DNA of 20,000 nt from Microthyrium microscopicum (lineage: Eukaryota): positions 236,202 to 256,201 of the forward strand of contig MU004247.1 in assembly GCA_010405405.1 (NCBI GenBank), written 5' to 3'. Under the pieces are notes generated by a model. That model was not told the DNA's origin. It searched no databases and was given only the letters and a program-made list of their open reading frames with translations. A program made the translations under genes and the position numbers. Shown here piece after piece: positions 1 to 7,712 of this stretch; the stretch's first letter is position 1; each line of letters starts with the position of its first letter.

Positions 1-1
1 T

Positions 2-1357
2 GCGTTGCTGGAGGTTACTCGTATGGGGTTTCCGCCGCATGCGTGGTTTCGACAGAAGAAGATTGCGACTGGGTATACGGGTGTTTTTGCGAGTTTGCTG
101 GATATTGTGAGGATGGTGGATCCGACTTATTTCACGGACTATTGGACGAAGCCGGGGTATTTGGGATATGAGATGCCGGAATCCTTGAGAAAAGCGAGAT
201 TCAATGCGACCACGCGGATCAAGAAGGTCATCATGACGAAGGAGGCCATGGATCGTGGGTTGCCGGTTTCATTGTCTGGAGCACGAGGTAGTGGGAAAGA
301 GGAAAGTCCGGCGGCGTTTGTGCTGGAGAATGTGCCGAATCATAAGCTGCAGGGCGCCACGTTGAAGTTTTTGTCTGGTTCAGGGAAAGATGGCGAAGTG
401 TATATTTCAGGCCTAGTGGAGAAGGATATCGTGACTTTCGGCTTTGGAGTCCTAGGAGAAGGCAAGATTCGCTCTGTGAAGGAGGGCGATAGCATCCAGC
501 TTGACAACTCAGTCTATCTAGCCGCATTGACCTATCATCGCCATCAAGATCCAGGCCCACTCTATACCGTCTGGAACCAATTCAAGAACGAAGACGGCAG
601 TTACAAGTACCCCCAACGCAAAGTCGAGATGAGTAAACTGCCCCTATCAGGCAGTGGATCCGTACAATCCGGAAAGTTCAACGCCAAGATGATCGTCATT
701 GAAGCTGGATACGACGAGGCTGCATATCCATGGCAAGCGGATTGGTACCGAACAGCAGTGCTGATGAATCAAGGAGAAAAGGCTGATGAGCACTTTCGCC
801 TTTGGGTAGTTGATAAAGCTATGCATACTAGCCCAGATCAGCCAAAGAAGAACGATCCAAAGCCAGCAGAGAACACCAGAATTGTCTCGTACACACCAGT
901 CATTCAACAAGCACTGCGAGATTTGGTGCTGTGGGTTGAGAAGGGCGTGACTCCACCACCAAACAGCAACTATACCGTCAATGATGGACAGGTGCTTCTC
1001 CCAGCAACAGCAGCTGAGCGTCTGAGTGTCCAGCCGGTGGTAAACCTCAAGGTCAACGGAAAAGACCGCGCAGATGTGGCAGTAGGACAACCCGTCGAAT
1101 TCATCGGCACCGTCGAAGTCCCACCGCCAACAGGTACGATCACAACCACGAAATTCGATTTCGAAGGCGATGGTACATTCCCCGTGACAGTCGCTTTCGA
1201 GAAGACAGGATATTATACTGCGCAGGTGAAAACGACGTACAAGTTTGCAAAGGCGGGGACATATTTCCCAGCCTTGATGGGGATAGCTCAGCGAAATACA
1301 ACGTCGCAGTTTGGAAAGGTTGCGAATTTGGGGAGGGTGAGGATTGTAGTTAAGTGA
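2..1357 (+). CDS. 5'-truncated bacterial-type protein: probable tannase/feruloyl-esterase-like alpha/beta-hydrolase fold plus C-terminal PKD/Ig-like domain
   Basis: Frame is open from the window edge to TGA 1355-1357 (~451 codons) and needs no intron. The TTG start at 5 is an ORF-caller artefact. Motifs EVTRMGFPP..WF, DPTYFTDYWTKPGYLG, YHRHQ, DEAAYPWQADWYR, RLW.VDKAMH, QQALRDLVLWVEKG and the C-terminal FDFEGDG...YKFAKAGTYFP...NLGRVRIVVK resemble, from recall, bacterial 'PKD domain-containing' hydrolase-like proteins. Confidence 0.75.
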   Translation, partial: ALLEVTRMGFPPHAWFRQKKIATGYTGVFASLLDIVRMVDPTYFTDYWTKPGYLGYEMPESLRKARFNATTRIKKVIMTKEAMDRGLPVSLSGARGSGKEESPAAFVLENVPNHKLQGATLKFLSGSGKDGEVYISGLVEKDIVTFGFGVLGEGKIRSVKEGDSIQLDNSVYLAALTYHRHQDPGPLYTVWNQFKNEDGSYKYPQRKVEMSKLPLSGSGSVQSGKFNAKMIVIEAGYDEAAYPWQADWYRTAVLMNQGEKADEHFRLWVVDKAMHTSPDQPKKNDPKPAENTRIVSYTPVIQQALRDLVLWVEKGVTPPPNSNYTVNDGQVLLPATAAERLSVQPVVNLKVNGKDRADVAVGQPVEFIGTVEVPPPTGTITTTKFDFEGDGTFPVTVAFEKTGYYTAQVKTTYKFAKAGTYFPALMGIAQRNTTSQFGKVANLGRVRIVVK

Positions 1358-1802
1358 AGCTAACGACGGCGCGACAGCGTTAAAGTATGATAGGTATTTT
1401 TCGAGAATGGAACCCAAACAAAACGATATATGAGCTGATCTACCTAGTGACTGAAGAGTTTATTAGCGATTTTCGTGAACGGACGTCGTGATGTTGGATC
1501 ATATAATACTTTCCCAACAGAATTCTGAGTGCTTCGCCAACCCCTTGACCAGGTTCAGTCAGTTTCTCAAAGTTCTTAAATGCTACAGTCTAGCAAAGCA
1601 TTTCTCCATAGCTTCATTCGATATCCTATGTCGTCTATTAGAGTATACAAGAAGTAGTATGGTGACAAGTATGTTCATGAGAAATTGAGTCTATCGTGCT
1701 AACGCATATCCACCCATTCCGAAATATGCTGGAAATAAATAAATCGTCAATTCAAAAGTAAAAGTGGAGGTGGTATTCGCATGGCCGCAGCATTCGAGAT
1801 AA

Positions 1803-3162
1803 TCAGTCCACATGGACTGTAGAATGCTTCCTCTCCGCCTCCTCACCAGCTTCAGAGCTAGCATCCGTCCATGCACGATCTTCACCCAGCTCTTCCACCT
1901 GCGCTGCTATGACTTCTGTTCTTGCAGCCGCCCGCGAAGCCTCTTGCGCTCGCTTAAAGAAGTCATCTGTTCGGATGCCTCGTAGATCGCGATGGTTGAT
2001 ACCTTTTCTTATAGCGCCGTTCTTGGGGAGTTTCTTGATGAACTCGCGCATTGGTAGCATGGCTGCGTCGCGACATGCTTCTTTGATATCAGAACCTGAT
2101 AGGCCGGCGCTGACTTTGACGAGGTAGTCTACGTCGAAGTTGTCGCGATCGACTTTTGTGTCTTTGAGGACGAGCTTGAAGATTCCGCGACGTTGAGCTG
2201 CATTTGGTAGTGGGACTGGGAACTTTTTGGGCATTCGGCGCAGGATGGCTTCGTCAATGTCTTGGATGCGGTTGGTGGCGCCGAGGATACATATGCGCTG
2301 TGGGCGGCCGGTTGAGCTTGATGAGACGAGACCGTCCCAATGTGTCATGAATCTATAGAATATTAGATTGAATGTAGTATTGAGGAGACAGTTTCACATA
2401 CTCAGCTTTCACCATGGCGCTGGCCTCGTGTTCACCACTTCTCCGCGTGCCTAAAACAGCATCGATTTCGTCAATGAAGACAATCGTAGGCTCCAGTTTT
2501 CGGGCCAGCGAGAACACGGCTCTTACGAGTTTGTTGGAGTCGCCGTACCACTTTTCTGTGAGAGTTGAGATGTGAAGATTGATGAAGCAAGCTCCAGATT
2601 CATGAGCCAAAGCCTTGGCCAACATAGTCTTGCCACATCCAGGAGGACCATAGAGCAAGACACCAGATGGCGCAGAAAGTAGCGATGATGCTCCAGCATA
2701 CATGGACTCTATGGTCAAAGGATATATAACCGACTCCTTGAGCTCTTCTATTATGTCTTCTAGCCCTCCTATATCTTCAAAGGTGACCGGAATGTCTTTG
2801 GCAGCCACTAGCTCTGTGGCGATTGTCTGCTCGTAGGTTGTGAGTTGGATGTCCTCGGCTTTAGGCCTTGACTGGCCATAGGGATACTCTTCATCCTCGG
2901 TATCGGTGTCTTCTGCTTCTCGTCGGCTTCCGATTATGCTTTGTATACGTTTTCGCGCTGTGGCGGCGAGGGCTTTGTCTGATTGTTGTTTTCCTTCGGG
3001 GTCACTTAGATGTGAGAGGAGTTGACGGATAAGGAAGAAGGATACGATAGTCTGCAGGTGTTGTTAGAAAGTAGCAAAGAGAAGGGATGAAAGGTTACAT
3101 ACGGGAGCTGTCCAGAGAAATACATCTTGGAGAAACTCCCACTTTCGAGAGCCACTTGGCAT
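1803..3162 (-). CDS. MSP1: Msp1/ATAD1 mitochondrial outer-membrane AAA+ ATPase (dislocase); 419 aa; exons 3162-3103, 3051-2402, 2352-1803
   Basis: Contains VTFEDIGGL, Walker A GPPGCGKT, pore loop KWYGDSNK, Walker B FIDEID, KAEFMTHWDG (joined across intron 2) and GATNR..DIDEAILRRMP. The N-terminal TM anchor is split by intron 1 (FLQDVFLWTAP/TIVSFFLIRQLL). Introns: 3102-3052 (GTATGT..CTAAC..CAG, 51 nt) and 2401-2353 (GTATGT..CTAAT..TAG, 49 nt). Spliced length 1260 nt stays in frame. Confidence 0.96.
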
Positions 3163-3559
3163 GAGGAAAAGGCGTCGGTCGGCAGCCTCAGGTAGTTGCG
3201 TCTGCAGGTGGATGGAATGAAGGTGCGCGACCTGGACGACGTGGCAAGTATAGCGCGTGTTGGAAGGGCTGAGTTCTAAGAGGAGGGAGTTATATGGTCA
3301 TTAAAGACGATGGAAAAAGTAGCGAAAGATCAGATGTCAAGGCGAGGTCGAGGTTATGCTCGGAAGGTTTGTGTCTGAAGAGCGCGCCTGCCAGCGTGGT
3401 CGTACCGATGACCACTCCAGGCAAGCGACTCCCTAATTGGGGCGGCAATTTTACTGGGGGAGCACCACCACAGCATCCTTGCATCTTCAACAACTTAATC
3501 CATCCTTATGTAAGCAATATATCCAACTTCACTCAACAATTCACAACAACAGCAATGAA
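3163..3559. promoter_or_regulatory. Putative bidirectional promoter shared by MSP1 and TIM21
   Basis: 397 bp between divergent start codons. Contains a CCAAT box on - (ATTGG 3436-3440) inside a CArG-like CCTAATTGGG (3432-3441), and SYGGRG sites at 3415-3420 (-) and 3455-3460 (+). Function is inferred from geometry. Confidence 0.55.
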
Positions 3560-4252
3560 ATGTCGCTGCTTCGTATCCGCCTACCACGGCCCTCCGTGCT
3601 AAATCCAACGACCTACAGCACCGCCTCCATTGTCCCCATCACACGCACGATCCGCCATGCCTCCAACACCTCCAGCCACCGCAAAGTGACCGTCCTAAAC
3701 GACGATGGCCGCGTCCAATGGACCGCCCTCAGCGCCCGCGAAAAAGCAGCCCGCACAACCCAGCAAACCGTCAATCTAGCAGTCATAACAGTAGGCATGC
3801 TCTTAACCGGCGCAGTCGCATACTTGCTCTTCTCAGATGTCTTTTCACCGAATAGCAAAACAAGCAATTTCAACCGCGCAGTCAACAGGGTCAAAAAATC
3901 AAGTCGGTGTATACAGCTGCTAGGCCCTGCAGACTCCATCATGGCTTATGGGGAGAGCCCGTGGGGTTCGTTTGCGCGGGCGAGGATGGCTGGGCCGGCG
4001 CCGTCGAGTAAAGTTGGGAAAGATGAGAAGACTGGCGTGAGTACGCTGAATATGCGCTTTTTGGTCAAGGGGAGTAGGGCAGAGGGCTGGGTGACGTTGC
4101 AGATGGAGAAGGGACCCGAAGACTTGGAGTTTGAGTATGTGCTGCTGGCTCTTGATGTGCATGGGCATAATCGGGTGTATCTTGAAGGCACGAATGGTGG
4201 GTTGTCACGGAAGAAGTCACAAGGGAAAATATTGGGTCTGAAGCTTTGGTGA
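3560..4252 (+). CDS. TIM21: Tim21, TIM23 inner-membrane translocase subunit; ~230 aa, intronless
   Basis: Arg/Ser-rich, acid-free presequence MSLLRIRLPRPS..., followed by the fungal Tim21 motif VTVLNDDGRVQW..LS.REKAARTTQQ, one TM segment (LAVITVGMLLTGAVAYLLF), FSPNSKT..FNRAV..VK, I.AYGE and FEY..LALDV.GH.RVYLE. First in-frame ATG is at 3560. Confidence 0.93.
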   Translation: MSLLRIRLPRPSVLNPTTYSTASIVPITRTIRHASNTSSHRKVTVLNDDGRVQWTALSAREKAARTTQQTVNLAVITVGMLLTGAVAYLLFSDVFSPNSKTSNFNRAVNRVKKSSRCIQLLGPADSIMAYGESPWGSFARARMAGPAPSSKVGKDEKTGVSTLNMRFLVKGSRAEGWVTLQMEKGPEDLEFEYVLLALDVHGHNRVYLEGTNGGLSRKKSQGKILGLKLW

Positions 4253-4408
4253 AGGAAAATGCTTTATATTGTTCATGTAATATTAATATCAAAGGCAAAA
4301 GTATAAATCATAAACTTAACTTACTAAAATTAAGGCAGTCTTGCAGGACCAAGGTGAAGCACCAAAGGTCAGATCGCGAGATGATAAATGCGATGCAAAT
4401 GCTGCCGG

Positions 4409-4540
4409 AACTTACAACGAAAACTTACCAAAATCACGAATGCAAAAACTTACGAGATGCAGAAGTCACGAATGCAAAAACTTACAAATGTAGAAATCAC
4501 GAAACCAAAAACTTACGCAATGCAGAAAGTCCAAAACACC
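4409..4540. repeat. Degenerate ~31-32 bp tandem minisatellite (consensus AAAAACTTACGAGATGCAGAAGTCACGAATGC)
   Basis: ACTTAC cores at 4410, 4423, 4448, 4480 and 4511 (spacing 13, 25, 32, 31), with recurring TCACGAA and ATGCAGAA segments. Lies between the convergent stops of TIM21 and the orphan ORF. Confidence 0.85.
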
Positions 4541-4566
4541 AAAACAGTTGATGCAAACCAAGGAGT

Positions 4567-5775
4567 TTAACATCCTGCGTTTTGGCCTGTCCTTGCCACA
4601 AAGGCCCGGTCCATGTAGTCTGCTGCCTCATTCAAGCCTTCTGGGCAGAGCTCCGCAGGATCCATGGCCGTAATGTCTTTGCAAAGGGCCTGAGCCCAGT
4701 TGACTTGAGAGAGTTTTCGTGGCTCCATACCCCCCTGTGCCTTGCCTCCTCTCTGACGGATGGTAATGTGGAGTTTGGCGAAAGCGCGTTCCACTGCCAG
4801 TTCGACATGCTTGATGTCCCAGCCCGAAGTCGCAACTTTCCACGCGCCGTAGCTCAACTTGCGAGCGAGGCTGTTGATTTCGGCCTGGGTGGTATTACCC
4901 CTCGAAGCACGCGACCTTGCCGGTTGTGGAAGGGCCGGACGTGAAGTGGTGGGTGGAGTTGGGAGAGCCACCGGGGCGAAGGTGATGTTGGAGACCGGCA
5001 TCGATGGCGCGGCCAGGAGGGTGTTGTTGTTCAATGGCGCTGTGTCCTGCGCCATGGAGCAGTTGTTATTTGACGCTGTGTCCTGCGCCGGGAAGAAGTT
5101 GTTGTTGACCGGCATCATTTGCACGGTCGGGAAGGTGTTGTTAAACGATGCTGTGTCCTGCATCGAGAAGAAGCTGTTAAACGACGCTCTGTCCTGCGCC
5201 GATAGGGAAGCGTCCTTGGCCTGCAATTGCTCGGCCTCAACGATGCGGCTGTTCCGCACTAGCCCGGCCAGGTGTGTGGGCAAGGGCAACGTCTCCTCAT
5301 TCGGGAAGAACGGTTCAGCCTGGACGATCCGCGACCGCGCACGACGTTTCTGCTCACGTCGATTGATCTCTGGTGCTGCCTTTTTTGGCAGCCGTGAGGT
5401 CTGCTCTTCCCGAGCCAAGTGGTCTGCGATTGGCGCCAATAGGGCCGCGAGCGCAGCCTCATGGCGCGACCTAGACTCCGCCGTGGCGGTGAGGTCCCGA
5501 GGATCAATGAACTCGGGAAGGCCAGTCACTGTCTCGTCCTCCTCAGACTGGTTGAGGAGTGAGTTTGGGTCGAAGGGACTTTCCTCGACGGTGGCAGATT
5601 CCTGTCCAGATTGGACAGAAGAAGAAGGTCCTGAGATGGGCATATGATGTGACCCAGCGCTCATACCCCAGATGTCACCAGGATTTTCCGAATCGAAGGC
5701 ATCTGGAATATCCGCATAATTTGGATCCAGATACTCAAGGTAGCTGGATCCGTATTCTGCTGCTGAATGATCCAT
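4567..5775 (-). CDS. Hypothetical (orphan) protein, 402 aa: acidic disordered N-terminus, N/F-rich internal repeats, ~100 aa helical-looking C-terminal region
   Basis: Uninterrupted 1209-nt ORF. ATG at 5775 in good context (CCAAAAATGG) with a pyrimidine-rich leader upstream. Internal repeat spacings are multiples of 3 nt. No family recognised. Confidence 0.7.
   Translation of the reverse strand: MDHSAAEYGSSYLEYLDPNYADIPDAFDSENPGDIWGMSAGSHHMPISGPSSSVQSGQESATVEESPFDPNSLLNQSEEDETVTGLPEFIDPRDLTATAESRSRHEAALAALLAPIADHLAREEQTSRLPKKAAPEINRREQKRRARSRIVQAEPFFPNEETLPLPTHLAGLVRNSRIVEAEQLQAKDASLSAQDRASFNSFFSMQDTASFNNTFPTVQMMPVNNNFFPAQDTASNNNCSMAQDTAPLNNNTLLAAPSMPVSNITFAPVALPTPPTTSRPALPQPARSRASRGNTTQAEINSLARKLSYGAWKVATSGWDIKHVELAVERAFAKLHITIRQRGGKAQGGMEPRKLSQVNWAQALCKDITAMDPAELCPEGLNEAADYMDRAFVARTGQNAGC
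4978..5200. repeat. In-frame coding tandem repeat (36-39 nt units, ~111 nt higher-order period) within the orphan ORF
   Basis: GCT(G/C)TGTCCTGC at 5039, 5075, 5150 and 5186; GACCGGCATC ending at 5002 and 5116. Encodes AQDRASFNSFFS / MQDTASFNNTFPT / VQMMPVNNNFFP / AQDTASNNNCSM / AQDTAPLNNNTLL / AAPSMPVSNITF. Confidence 0.85.
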
Positions 5776-6225
5776 TTTTGGCAAGTCCTTGTTGCTGCTT
5801 TGGGTAAGTGAAGTGTGTTAGGTGGTGTCAAGTGAGAACACCAAAGAGGGCAGGTGAAAGGTGAAGTAAGTAAGTATTTGGAGTACGAAGGTACTCAAAG
5901 GGGGAAGCTGTGAAAGGGGAAAGGTAAGTGAAAGTAAGTGGCTTATTGAAGATGCACTACTTGAAAAGGGGATCAGAAGAAAGTGTGAGTTTCTGTGTCT
6001 GAAAAGCTGTGGTAAATGTAGCTAGAAAGGTAAGTATCTGGGCTGGGGAAATCTGGAGAAAGAAAGAAAGACAAAAAGAACGATCGAAAGGGATACTTTA
6101 TAGGCAGGAGTTTGCCTGCCATCAACACGTACCAGACTATCAGAGGCATCAGTCTCTACCACCGCAAGAACATAGCTGACTATGCGCTGCGTATTGCCGT
6201 GTACAGTACCGTCTGTTGAGAGCAC

Positions 6226-6516
6226 GAAAAGAGTTTAGCGCGACTTGAAACTGTTGATGGCAGAGCGTTTTTGCGGACGGAGCTGCGCTATCGTGATGAT
6301 CTGGTACCTGAAGGGGCATGAAAAGAGTTTAGCGCGACTCGAAACTGTTGATGGCGGTGGTTTTTTGCGGACGGAATTGCGCTATCGTGATCAGCTCTGG
6401 TATCTGATTGGGGAATACACCTCAGACGCTCCCATGGTTCAGCAATTTCCAAGCAAGGTTACCAGAAGAACATTTACTGATGGCAGATGCGGCCTGAAAA
6501 GAGTTTAGCGCAACTC
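6226..6516. repeat. 94-bp tandem duplication plus a third partial copy
   Basis: Copy 1 (6226-6319) and copy 2 (6320-~6414) both begin GAAAAGAGTTTAGCGCGACT(T/C)GAAACTGTTGATGGC and share TTTTTGCGGACGGA..TGCGCTATCGTGAT. A third head, GAAAAGAGTTTAGCGCAACTC, is at 6496-6516. Confidence 0.92.
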
Positions 6517-7712
6517 ATGATTGTGAACATGATCGCAACTATTGATGACTCGCAAGTGTTGATGTGACCAGTTTCAAGATTCCTTATAACCACGGGGTAT
6601 CCTCGGTGGCCATGCGATGTTTGAATGATTCTTAGTCTTCAAGGCAGCATTGTGAGATTTCACAATTGGATACACGCCCAGGAACGCCATGGGGGAAGCA
6701 GATAGCAATATGAGAACGATTTTATTGAATCTGAATAGACCATAACACCAAGAACTCGCAGTGATTTCGCCTGCTGTTGAATATGAAGCTGTAGCGACAT
6801 GCTCCTCTTGTTTCCCAAAGGGGGCTGCCTAAGCTAGATGCCATTATCCGATGGTACGCCGTGATGATCTCTGAAACTCAAGCGTTCCGTACCCAGTGAG
6901 GTCAATCCTTGTGGATCGAATGCCCAGCAAAAAGTTGAGAGTTTACTTCTTGATAATTCGAGCATGACCATGGGCTTCAGAGAATCTGCCCAAGATATCA
7001 TTGAGCACAAAGACAATAGAACACCCACTACGCTGCTATCAACTAGCATGCTCAGAGACTACTTCATCTTGCCAGGGTAATAGCAGGTAATCGAAGGTAC
7101 ACCCATCTCCTTCGGTTCGTGGGGCTAGTATGGACAATGCAATGGCCAGGAAACCATTGTGAACAAGAGTGGTCGTTCCGTGGTAGAAACATTGAAGCTT
7201 GAATTTAGCGTACCCGACAATTCAAAGAGTACCAGTCGTCCGTTCGCTCTTCTTGTCGCAGACGTCGTGAGTCGATCAACTCCATCCCTTGAAGAGAGCA
7301 GTAGCTGAATAACCCAGACTCAATTACGATCACAATAGCGATTCCTGAGTTGGATCAGATTGCAGTGCTGACTTTGACGTGCGAGAAAGTTGCTGTTTGG
7401 CGATTTATTTTCCAGTTCTTTGGACCCAATGAAACTCCCTCCGGACAGTTGTGAAGAGCTTTGCTCGGTTACGACTTTTTGACGAGGTCGACTAAGCAGG
7501 AAGGGTCCCCTGAAATTCTTGGTGAAGACTGCAAATGTGCTTCGGTCGCGACAGATCTCCGCGGAGGAGCTAGTCCGGATGTCAACGAAACCAATAGCAG
7601 ATTCTACTACACGTCAGAGTCAAGTCCAAGGCGTAATACGCAGAAAGACAAAAATCGGTAATTCTCGAGATGCTTAATACAATACAGGCGCAACCATACT
7701 TTGTCAAAGCGC

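Noticed and set aside
647..1417. 256-aa antisense ORF
   Set aside because: Shadow of the PKD-domain gene, with no protein-like motifs.
3437..3559. N-terminal extension of TIM21 in the ORF track
   Set aside because: Starts at TTG. The presequence-like segment begins at the ATG at 3560.
4409..4540. CRISPR-like array (~32 bp periodicity)
   Set aside because: Units are directly adjacent and degenerate with no unique spacers. The context is eukaryotic and there are no cas genes.
4859..5647. 262-aa + strand ORF
   Set aside because: Antisense shadow of the GC-rich orphan ORF with a non-ATG start. The - strand ORF is longer and has a better start context.
6226..6516. CRISPR-like repeat-spacer array from three 21-nt heads
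   Set aside because: The first two 'spacers' are copies of each other and the spacing is unequal (94 vs 176), so this is a tandem duplication.
6590..6609. Imperfect hairpin CCACGGGGTATCCTCGGTGG as a Helitron 3' end
   Set aside because: No CTRR terminus at the expected distance and no Rep/helicase remnants.
6834..7661. Short ORFs between the orphan and the HAUS3-like gene
   Set aside because: All are about 70 aa or less, show no homology cues, and could not be joined by credible introns.
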